Part shown: piece after piece, positions 8,718 through 16,755 of the stretch
Layout: each line of letters begins with the position of its first letter
Numbering within the stretch: position 1 is the first letter of the stretch
DNA from: a virus
Length of the DNA stretch: 64,000 bases
Direction: 5' to 3' (one strand)
Virus record (IMG/VR): IMGVR_UViG_3300009149_006183
Span: 28,304 to 92,303 of that record
Position numbers and translations under genes: made by a program
The notes under the pieces: generated by a model
Database searches by the model: none
Seen by the model: the letters and a program-made list of their open reading frames with translations, nothing else
Told to the model about the DNA's origin: nothing

Positions 8718-11474
8718 TTATACCTTAATATCTTTAATATTAAATGCTGGTTCTGTCTGATATATCTTTTTTCTTTTTTTTCCGTGAGCGGAAAGATATT
8801 TACAACTATCTTGTATATCAACCACAGTGGCCGAGTCTTTTACCCTGCCAGATGGAGAGGTATAAGGTCTTAGAACTCTTCCCACTCTTTGCAAAGCACG
8901 AGTCTGACTTTTTCCCCCACCGGCAAGGATTAGAGTGTCAAGAGGTTTACAGTCAATTCCTTCATCGAAAATCGAGGTTGCGACAGTCACTCCTGCCCTA
9001 CCTTCTCTCATTTTTTGCAGGTGATCTTTTCTTTGTTTGCTAGAATGTTCGCCATGTAGAAAAACACTACCATCTATCAGTTTTTCAAGAATCTTTCCAT
9101 GACTAACATGCTGACATAAAATTAAAACGAGTCTTCCCTGCTCCTCAAAATTTTTAGCTATTTTAGCTATATATTGATTTCTTTGTAAATTTTCGACAAT
9201 GCCCGTTTTATAATATTCATGATATGAGAATAAATCTTCCTTTGGCATTCCGAGATCAAACGGCAACAGGTAAATATCTGGTCGAATCAAATATTTATTA
9301 GGATGTTCTATTAAATATGATGCTGTAATATTGCAAATTTGCCTACCAAAACAAGCATCAATCAAAATATCATCTCCCTTGTCTCTCCAGGGAGTAGCAC
9401 TTAGCCCCCATCGATAACGGGCGGAAATAGAGTTATCTGCTATTATTTGAGCCGTTTCTGATGCCCAATGCTGACAATTGTGAACCAGCATCCCATTTGC
9501 GAAAAAACAATGAGTTTTTTCTACCGAAATATCATAAACAGTATCTTCATTTATATTCTCAATGCTTTCTATCTCCATATATTTTATACTGCATAAATGA
9601 TGGGATATATTCTTCGACAAGGGGGCGTATTCTTTGAGTGGCTTTTTTTGACAAATATAAGATATAATACCTTCTTGCTTTTTGAATAGTGGTTTTTCCA
9701 TATTTATTAGAGAACCATTCAGAACACAATTTAACCTCTTCAAAAGAAAATCCTTCAGTATGAAGTCTAATTCCTGGGCCATGTGCCGACCCGTCATCTC
9801 CGATCCATAAAGCGAGTCCAATATGTCCGATATTATTAAGCCATTCTGTTGTAATTCTTTTCTTACCGATAGCATATGCGATCTGGCATGCTCTAAAAAG
9901 ATCTGGGAGGCAAGGAGTTCTAAAACAAATAGACATCTTTCCGAACCCTTTATTTTCTGCTTCATAATATTTTGGAAATAAATTTTTAAAAATATTTGCT
10001 TTGTACTTTGCCCATTCCTTTTGACATAATCCATGATTCCAACAAAATCTTGCGTTTTTACTCCTAACAGAAGGAAAAGTAATAAAAGAATCTCCCAAAA
10101 GAGTACCACAAATTGCTTGAAACTCAAACTGTGATAATTTAAAGTCATATAAAATATTTTTCTTGTCATGACCATAAATGTATTTTCTATAAGAAGATCC
10201 CCCTTTGTTCTTAATAAAAAGATCCAAGGAGTTATATCGTAAATTAACTTTTTTTCCACATCCGCATTTACATAAAGGCGCCGAGGCAACCATTTGTTCA
10301 AATTTTTCATTCCATTCTGATCTACTACGTTTTTTGATTTGATGGCCCAATACATATTTTGGATATCTACTAGGGCTTTTTGATCGCACATCGATTTTTG
10401 TTCCACATCCGCATTGACAAAGGACAAAATCTTGTCTTTTGTTTCTAAATTCCCTGCTTGGACCCATCCTCTTTTTGTCTTGATTAAATGATTTTTTGTG
10501 CATTTTATTGACTTCCCAGAACAAAGCCTTATCTTAATTAATTTTTTCTTACCTTTATTTACAAAATGAGTTATTTTGTTCCATACAGCACTAGCTCCAT
10601 TAAAACTAAGTATTTCCTCTCCAATAAATTTATTTAATTCTCTCATTTTTACATGACCAAAATTTTTAACAAAAACAAGAGCGTCTCCTGTTATGCACTC
10701 GTCAGCCATAAAACCTTTTGCCGACTGTATTAACAATAGAATATCGTTTTTTTTCTGCTCTATTACTTTTAATTCTTCTTTTGATACCTTTTCCTTATCT
10801 TCGTCATCGAATCTAATATATTTACCGCCCAATGATCGAACTGCCGTTTGGACAGTCATAACGTTTATATCTTTAATATCAAACTTTCCATTTCCAATTA
10901 TTCCAACCCCCAACGGCGAACCATTATATCTCAAAAATTTACCAAACTCTTGCTGTGTCTGCTGGAGTAAATCTATAGATGGAACATAAAAAACAAATGG
11001 AGATACACCGATCTCTTGGATTATGCCAGCAGCTATAGCAGTCTTGCCAGACCCTGTTGGGCACTTTATTAGCCCTCTTTGCATCTCAACAGACTTTTTT
11101 ATTACTTCAGTTTGGTAATCTCTAAACTCAAAATCTGCCGACATCTCTAATTCTATATTTTTACTTACGGCATCTCTTATATCAAATATCTCTAACTCGA
11201 TACCGTTAGATACTAAAAAGTCTCTGGCTTTATTAAAAAGTCCTGTGGGGAAATGAGTGCCTTTCTTTTTTATAGAACACTTACACGACCTTTCATTGAA
11301 GTGCAAAGTACTTTCTATCCCATCCCAATTTTTATTGCCATATTTTATTTTAAAAATGGCAGTTTCCGGACGATAACCAAGAAGCTTTCTTAGACCTTGA
11401 TATACGTCAGAGGGGAGCCGGTCAGCGATATAAGTTACAGTATTAGAAACGTATAGTTTTACTTTTTCACTCAT
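8718..11474 (-). CDS. SF2 DNA helicase (UvsW/XPB-like), intein-containing
   Basis: FRDYQ, CPTGSGKT, Walker B DE/CQH after intein removal, GLSATPWR, IFDEGID, QRVGRVLR. Confidence 0.9.
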   Translation of the reverse strand: MSEKVKLYVSNTVTYIADRLPSDVYQGLRKLLGYRPETAIFKIKYGNKNWDGIESTLHFNERSCKCSIKKKGTHFPTGLFNKARDFLVSNGIELEIFDIRDAVSKNIELEMSADFEFRDYQTEVIKKSVEMQRGLIKCPTGSGKTAIAAGIIQEIGVSPFVFYVPSIDLLQQTQQEFGKFLRYNGSPLGVGIIGNGKFDIKDINVMTVQTAVRSLGGKYIRFDDEDKEKVSKEELKVIEQKKNDILLLIQSAKGFMADECITGDALVFVKNFGHVKMRELNKFIGEEILSFNGASAVWNKITHFVNKGKKKLIKIRLCSGKSIKCTKNHLIKTKRGWVQAGNLETKDKILSFVNADVEQKSMCDQKALVDIQNMYWAIKSKNVVDQNGMKNLNKWLPRRLYVNADVEKKLIYDITPWIFLLRTKGDLLIENTFMVMTRKIFYMTLNYHSLSFKQFVVLFWEILLLLFLLLGVKTQDFVGIMDYVKRNGQSTKQIFLKIYFQNIMKQKIKGSERCLFVLELLASQIFLEHARSHMLSVRKELQQNGLIISDILDSLYGSEMTGRHMAQELDFILKDFLLKRLNCVLNGSLINMEKPLFKKQEGIISYICQKKPLKEYAPLSKNISHHLCSIKYMEIESIENINEDTVYDISVEKTHCFFANGMLVHNCQHWASETAQIIADNSISARYRWGLSATPWRDKGDDILIDACFGRQICNITASYLIEHPNKYLIRPDIYLLPFDLGMPKEDLFSYHEYYKTGIVENLQRNQYIAKIAKNFEEQGRLVLILCQHVSHGKILEKLIDGSVFLHGEHSSKQRKDHLQKMREGRAGVTVATSIFDEGIDCKPLDTLILAGGGKSQTRALQRVGRVLRPYTSPSGRVKDSATVVDIQDSCKYLSAHGKKRKKIYQTEPAFNIKDIKV
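9477..10697 (-). mobile_element. Intein in the helicase Walker B motif, lacking an in-frame endonuclease
   Basis: Starts CITGDALV; block B KCTKNHLI; block F/G VYDISVEKTHCFFANGMLVHN followed by C. 407 aa; the central ~280 aa have no recognisable motifs. Confidence 0.9.
9559..10524 (-). CDS. LAGLIDADG homing endonuclease nested out of frame inside the intein
   Basis: AICGTLLGDS and LALWIGDDGS motifs, IRLHTEGFS..EV, C-terminal MQYK, two N-terminal CxCGCG...GH repeats. ATG at 10503 is a plausible start. Confidence 0.85.
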   Translation of the reverse strand: MFWEVNKMHKKSFNQDKKRMGPSREFRNKRQDFVLCQCGCGTKIDVRSKSPSRYPKYVLGHQIKKRSRSEWNEKFEQMVASAPLCKCGCGKKVNLRYNSLDLFIKNKGGSSYRKYIYGHDKKNILYDFKLSQFEFQAICGTLLGDSFITFPSVRSKNARFCWNHGLCQKEWAKYKANIFKNLFPKYYEAENKGFGKMSICFRTPCLPDLFRACQIAYAIGKKRITTEWLNNIGHIGLALWIGDDGSAHGPGIRLHTEGFSFEEVKLCSEWFSNKYGKTTIQKARRYYILYLSKKATQRIRPLVEEYIPSFMQYKIYGDRKH

Positions 11475-11686
11475 TAGATACTATTTCGAGGGGGTTTTTT
11501 CATCTTTTTCTTTGTTTGTTGAGGAGTTTTCCATTTTTTTATAACATCTTTTGTGCTATCGGGGACAATAGAAGGATCATATAACGAGAAATCCTGCCCC
11601 TTATTATCTCTTTTTTTAAAATTGGGTTGATCGTCAACAGAGGGACCGGTGTCATTAAGATATGTCGCTGTTTTTATTACTTTCAT
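11474..11686 (-). CDS. Small hypothetical protein (MKVIKTA start)
   Basis: 70 aa; its stop overlaps the helicase start. Confidence 0.6.
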   Translation of the reverse strand: MKVIKTATYLNDTGPSVDDQPNFKKRDNKGQDFSLYDPSIVPDSTKDVIKKWKTPQQTKKKMKKPPRNSI

Positions 11687-11870
11687 TGTCTTCTGTCCAA
11701 TTACTTACCCGTTGCAGCATATATCCTAACTTTTGATATATCCCTAACATTTTATTTCTGGCAAAATGGGTGGAAGAATTATCTAATAAATTAATCGCAC
11801 CTTGAGTTTTTGCCATTGAATCTTTCAACTGTTTAACCATAAAATCTTTTTCATTTTCATATTTTTTCAT
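11655..11870 (-). CDS. Small hypothetical protein
   Basis: 71-aa helical-looking ORF in the operon. Confidence 0.55.
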   Translation of the reverse strand: MKKYENEKDFMVKQLKDSMAKTQGAINLLDNSSTHFARNKMLGIYQKLGYMLQRVSNWTEDNESNKNSDIS

Positions 11871-11899
11871 ATTTTTTCAGCTTTCCAGGCTCCGATTGG

Positions 11900-12901
11900 C
11901 TACCATATTCTATCTGAGCCCAAATTCTCTTCTATTAATTTAACATCTCCTGGCTGCACTTCTCCGGAAATAGTCCGCAACAGAGCCTCATAAGTCAGTC
12001 CCGCCCTTCCAGCCGCTTTTCTTGCTTTATCAATTTTGTCTTGCACTTCTTTATAATATGGAGCCATTTCTTTATAAGTTGACCAATCAGACCCTCTAAC
12101 AGGATCTAATAGTTTTTCTATTATCCCTAGAAACCACCAGGATGCCCCAGGACCGTTCATCTGTGCGGTTTTAAGAGTAGTAGACAAAACTTTCCACTCC
12201 TCGTCTAAATCCAATCCAGAGAATACCTTCAGCATAATAATAAAGTCTGATGCATCACTATCATTATCGAACGACAGTTTAGCTACACCGCTAATTTTAT
12301 CTATAATCTCTGTACCATCTATATATGAAATAACATCTTTCGCATTTAAACCGTGAAGCTTAAGTGCAGCACATAGTAAAGCCGATTGCTTAATAACCTC
12401 ATTCGAGATATCCGTATTTAATATCACAAAATCTTCTTTTTCATTCTCGGAATAACAGGAAACGTCTACCCAAGCAGTAGGCGTTAATATAACAGGGCAG
12501 TTTTTAACCTCAACCTCGAAAGCCGGACAAAGGATATCTTTCATAATAATCCAAGTAAGGGTCTGCTGGTATAGCCGCTGCACGACATTCTCATTCTCCT
12601 GGAATGAAGAAATTTTACGCAAATAATTAAAAATAGCATTTAATAAATTTAATCTATAAATCTCATTACAAAAAACGTCTTTAGAATAAATATTTTCAAA
12701 ATTTGTAATATATAAACTAATCATACGATACATCGCTAAAGATAAATTACTAGGATTTCCAATAAATAATTTACCATTGATAAAACCTATTTTATCTTCT
12801 TTATCAAATTTAATTTCTATATCTATAAATTCTACATTATGATATTTACAAATAGAGCGCAGAATAGATTCTACTATTTTATAATTACTAATGTTATACA
12901 T
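11900..12901 (-). CDS. Hypothetical protein
   Basis: 333-aa ORF coupled to the upstream gene. Confidence 0.7.
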   Translation of the reverse strand: MYNISNYKIVESILRSICKYHNVEFIDIEIKFDKEDKIGFINGKLFIGNPSNLSLAMYRMISLYITNFENIYSKDVFCNEIYRLNLLNAIFNYLRKISSFQENENVVQRLYQQTLTWIIMKDILCPAFEVEVKNCPVILTPTAWVDVSCYSENEKEDFVILNTDISNEVIKQSALLCAALKLHGLNAKDVISYIDGTEIIDKISGVAKLSFDNDSDASDFIIMLKVFSGLDLDEEWKVLSTTLKTAQMNGPGASWWFLGIIEKLLDPVRGSDWSTYKEMAPYYKEVQDKIDKARKAAGRAGLTYEALLRTISGEVQPGDVKLIEENLGSDRIW

Positions 12902-13389
12902 TAAACACCGTTTTTCCGATTGTTGAATTCTTTAACGCCATCCTGTTTATATTGCTCTACCGACGAGGAAGAAAATCCTAATTTAATTAAAAAATCCTCC
13001 CAATATTCACAACTATTTAACTCGTCTATCATCTCACCAAACTCACTATCCGATATTTTTGAGGCCACCGAGGTTTTCCTGTCTATCTTTTTCTTAGAAA
13101 TAACTCCTTCATCTATTTCCTCATCTATTCCTTCATCTATTCCTATTCCTTCTGTATATTCCTGGACCATGTCGCTAACAAAATCTTCAATTGTCATAAA
13201 GTCTAATTCTACTATAATCTTATGTTCGCAAGGACATAAAAAATCAAAGAAAAATACAGTTTTCTCTTTATATTTAGAGCTAACTCTAATTCCTATTCCC
13301 AAAATCCCGTTTTCATCCATAGTCTTTTGACATTGTGGACATCGATATTTATGCAAATCTTTTTTAAGCCACGTTGGAAGATCTATCAT
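12901..13389 (-). CDS. Zinc-ribbon-like hypothetical protein
   Basis: CPQC...CPC with an acidic linker. Confidence 0.65.
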   Translation of the reverse strand: MIDLPTWLKKDLHKYRCPQCQKTMDENGILGIGIRVSSKYKEKTVFFFDFLCPCEHKIIVELDFMTIEDFVSDMVQEYTEGIGIDEGIDEEIDEGVISKKKIDRKTSVASKISDSEFGEMIDELNSCEYWEDFLIKLGFSSSSVEQYKQDGVKEFNNRKNGV

Positions 13390-13439
13390 ATTTATAATCC
13401 TATTAAAAATTGAAAAACTGAATCTCTACTCAACACCAT

Positions 13440-14660
13440 TTACCTCTTCTCATCTAAATGTAGATTATAAGACCAGGTTATCCCTCTCTTATCGTGTATG
13501 CCAAATATTTTCTGTTCCGCTCTTGAACTCCTTTGTAAGTTTTTAAGTGAATAGATGTCCGAACCAACGAATGAACCATTAAACAAAAGTTTTCCGTGAT
13601 TTGTTGTTATCTCTGCTGCATTATGAAAGTGAGCAGCGAGAGTATAGTCTGGAATTTCCCCCAAAACTCCAATCATTTGCTGCTCATAAGTTTGAAGACC
13701 TTTTAGCGGAGTTCCGCCCCCGCGAACGTCCTCTCCATGAATTAATAAAAATTTATGATGTCTAATTTCCTCTAACATCCACCAGGTCTTAGGTACTACA
13801 AATTTTACTCTAGGATTATTAGAAAATCTAGACTCTAAGAATTTATAACATAAGAAATCCCAATTAACATATTCTTTTTCAAATCCTTTAGGAGCGCATC
13901 TTCCGTGATTCCCTGCAACACCATAAAATTTTATGTCATCAAAAATATCTAGCCAATAATAAATCATATCAGATATGGCATCATAACCCGCAATCATTTG
14001 GTCATAAATTGGCATGTTAATATATGTTGGGCTCCAATTCCCGACATTATTCATCCCAGCCACTATGTCACCAAGACAGAATATATGAAGGGTTGGAATC
14101 TTATATAAATGTGAATGCAGTTCAACTATATCTTCTGTTCCTCTTTTTAAAGTTTCGATACGCTTATAAAAGATATCTTGGTTATATTCGCTTATACCGC
14201 CAGTTTCTTCTAAAGAATGTTCATGACCAATATGGGTATCAGAGAATAAAAGCCCGACATCCTCATTTGAATGCTCATATTTTGTTATACTTCTAACTTT
14301 TGTTGCTTTACTTTTTATCTCTTTAGTTGGTAAACGTTCGATAGCCGAAACTATTCTGTCTGCTATTAAATCTGTTTTATACATGTCAGCTTTGAGTCGT
14401 CTATCGTTTAAATTCGACAGATGTTGTCCATAGCCCCTTTTTAAATCCTCTTTCATGCGGTGAGTATTTTTGTCGTAGAATTGAGTCTCTGTCCAGTTTG
14501 TAGCTCTATATTTTTTTTCACAGGAAGCAACACTTCTTTTTAGGTCTAAAGCTATTAGCCTATATGGAATATTTTCCAATCTTAATGCATATAATATTTC
14601 CATTTCTTTTTCCGTCCAAGCTTTTGTATTAAAATTACTATTGCTTGTTTTTTTATTCAT
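13440..14660 (-). CDS. Calcineurin-like metallophosphoesterase with N-terminal Myb/HTH-like domain
   Basis: WTEKE...IALDLKRSVASCEKKY; SDTHIG, LGDIV, GNHG, IHG, AHFH motifs. Confidence 0.85.
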   Translation of the reverse strand: MNKKTSNSNFNTKAWTEKEMEILYALRLENIPYRLIALDLKRSVASCEKKYRATNWTETQFYDKNTHRMKEDLKRGYGQHLSNLNDRRLKADMYKTDLIADRIVSAIERLPTKEIKSKATKVRSITKYEHSNEDVGLLFSDTHIGHEHSLEETGGISEYNQDIFYKRIETLKRGTEDIVELHSHLYKIPTLHIFCLGDIVAGMNNVGNWSPTYINMPIYDQMIAGYDAISDMIYYWLDIFDDIKFYGVAGNHGRCAPKGFEKEYVNWDFLCYKFLESRFSNNPRVKFVVPKTWWMLEEIRHHKFLLIHGEDVRGGGTPLKGLQTYEQQMIGVLGEIPDYTLAAHFHNAAEITTNHGKLLFNGSFVGSDIYSLKNLQRSSRAEQKIFGIHDKRGITWSYNLHLDEKR

Positions 14661-15777
14661 GATATTTATCCTTTTTTATTAAATCGTAATATCTACTTAC
14701 TATGTTATCAAAACAGAAGTCACTCTGTGCTTGTTTCTGCCCTTCTAAAATAAGTTTATTTCTATACTCACTATTCTCTAAAATTTTAATCAATGCCTCT
14801 GAGAAAGTGTTAAATATCTCTTTGTCATAAGTAAAATTGTTATCTATATCTAAATTTTTATTAGCGATAATAATACCGCCGGACAATTCTGAGGAATTTC
14901 CAACAGGTAACGAAACCCAAGGAGTTTGTGACGCCATAGATTCAATCAGAACTAATGGAGCCACTTCTTTCTGAGAGGGAAAGGCAAAAACATCTGCGGC
15001 TAAGAACGCAGAAACAACATCTTCTCTGTCTATATCTGTTAATAATTTAAAATCTATATTTTCGTTTTTAGCGATATTTATAAATCTATCTTTTAAAATT
15101 TTAGAAAAGGGAACATCCGTTTTTGCGCTTATAAAAATAGCGATAGAATTTTTAACTTTATTTTGTACCCTTTTAATAATTTGTGGTAAAAATTCCTGTC
15201 CCTTACCTGGAAAGAAATTAGAAACACACAGAATTATCTTTGCATTCTTGTCTACGTTATATTTACTTCTAAAATCAACTTTACAATTTCGGAATTCTGA
15301 AAAATCAACACCGTTTGGAATTACAGAGACAGGTATCTTGTAATGTTTGCACATTAAATAGTCTATGTATTTTTGAGAATGAACAACAACATTTATATCA
15401 TTTTTGTTTTGAATTAACTTTTGTAAGAGTCTACCGTCCTGTCTCATTGCATTCATACCAACTAAAGCTATTGTTTTTCCACATTTTATATTTTTAATAT
15501 TATTTAAAAAATATGACCAATGAAAAAACATATCGCTATAAATTAGAACATGGTCAGGTTTTTCTTGTATTAATTCTTTTAAAAATTTTTGAGGAGATGG
15601 ACTTAAATTTTTATATAAAACATTATTATATCTGATTGCGGGACCAACATGAGATTTGCTTATAATTGAACAATCACAATTAAATTGTTGGTACAAAGAT
15701 TCAGCAATTTGTTGAACAACTTTCTCACATCCCCCACAATGAGGCCATGAATGATTTACTAATATAAAAATTTTCAT
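14653..15777 (-). CDS. Glycosyltransferase, GT4 family (GT-B)
   Basis: GGCEK, VIPNGVD, KGQE, ADVFAFPSQKEVAPLVLIESMA. Confidence 0.9.
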   Translation of the reverse strand: MKIFILVNHSWPHCGGCEKVVQQIAESLYQQFNCDCSIISKSHVGPAIRYNNVLYKNLSPSPQKFLKELIQEKPDHVLIYSDMFFHWSYFLNNIKNIKCGKTIALVGMNAMRQDGRLLQKLIQNKNDINVVVHSQKYIDYLMCKHYKIPVSVIPNGVDFSEFRNCKVDFRSKYNVDKNAKIILCVSNFFPGKGQEFLPQIIKRVQNKVKNSIAIFISAKTDVPFSKILKDRFINIAKNENIDFKLLTDIDREDVVSAFLAADVFAFPSQKEVAPLVLIESMASQTPWVSLPVGNSSELSGGIIIANKNLDIDNNFTYDKEIFNTFSEALIKILENSEYRNKLILEGQKQAQSDFCFDNIVSRYYDLIKKDKYHE

Positions 15778-15786
15778 TATCAGTTA

Positions 15787-16590
15787 TTATTTAAACTCTG
15801 GTAAATATTTTTGCTTTAATATAGGTATGTCTTTTTTATTCCACTTGGTTTTAAATTTACTCCAACTACTTTGAAGAATGGCTTGCTTTTCCGTAATTCC
15901 GATATTCCCTAAGGTTTGATGAGCCATATGAATTATTTTTGCTTTAAAATTCCACCCGATTTTAAATCCGGCTTTATGAGCTCTAAAATTAAAGTCAGGA
16001 TCTTCGAAATAAGCTGGATTAAAAATTACATCAAACATACCTATTTCATCAACAACTTTTTGTTTAATTAACATTCCTCCACAACCAACATAACTAAAAT
16101 CTTGATTTAATTTATCGTTTTTTCTACAAGGCATAAATACGTCATTAAGTTTCCAAGCCTCTACACCAACTAAATCATAACCAGAATTTAAAACAGATAA
16201 ATGATGGTCTAACCAGCCTGGACAAACATACTGGTCATTATCTAAAAACATTATATGATTTGGTTTCCTATTCTCATCTTTAGAAGTATTATATCCTAAA
16301 TTTCTTCCTCCAATAACACCTAAATTCTCAGGGCATAAAACTAAAATTGAATTAAATTTATTTGTTTTATAAACATTGTCAAGAAGAAATTCTACTGTTC
16401 CATCTGTTGAACCGTTATCAATCCATACCAGACGAATGGATGTTTTTGGAAGATTTTCTGAGAAATGTTCTAAGAAGTTTTTAGAGACTTGAAGATGATT
16501 ATTAGATAAAACAATTATATCGACATTAATTTCTTTATGGTCTAAATCATTAAAGAATACTTTTGTTTTTGAAAATTTTTCTGTGTACAT
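15787..16590 (-). CDS. Glycosyltransferase, GT2 family (GT-A)
   Basis: IDNGSTDGT, NLGVIGGRNLG, FLDND, FEDPDF. Confidence 0.9.
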   Translation of the reverse strand: MYTEKFSKTKVFFNDLDHKEINVDIIVLSNNHLQVSKNFLEHFSENLPKTSIRLVWIDNGSTDGTVEFLLDNVYKTNKFNSILVLCPENLGVIGGRNLGYNTSKDENRKPNHIMFLDNDQYVCPGWLDHHLSVLNSGYDLVGVEAWKLNDVFMPCRKNDKLNQDFSYVGCGGMLIKQKVVDEIGMFDVIFNPAYFEDPDFNFRAHKAGFKIGWNFKAKIIHMAHQTLGNIGITEKQAILQSSWSKFKTKWNKKDIPILKQKYLPEFK

Positions 16591-16606
16591 AAGCTCGCTT
16601 CGCTCG

Positions 16607-16633
16607 CAAAAACCGTTCTTTTCAAGAACGGTT
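16607..16633 (-). terminator. Intrinsic terminator after the tail/adsorption gene block
   Basis: Perfect 10-bp stem AACCGTTCTT-3 nt-AAGAACGGTT followed by a T run on the minus strand. Confidence 0.6.
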
Positions 16634-16755
16634 AGTAGTTTTATTTTTAATTATCTTGTAACTTCTATAAATATATTTTTTAGTACTCTCAAGTACATAA
16701 GGATACAAAAATAAAATACACTTCTTCAAACAAAATTAGAAGTTTTGAAAATTTA

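Noticed and set aside
9559-10524. Group I intron as the explanation for the nested endonuclease
   Set aside because: The helicase frame is uninterrupted and carries complete intein blocks on both sides, so RNA splicing is not needed. I saw no intron core by eye, though a covariance-model search would be needed to exclude one.
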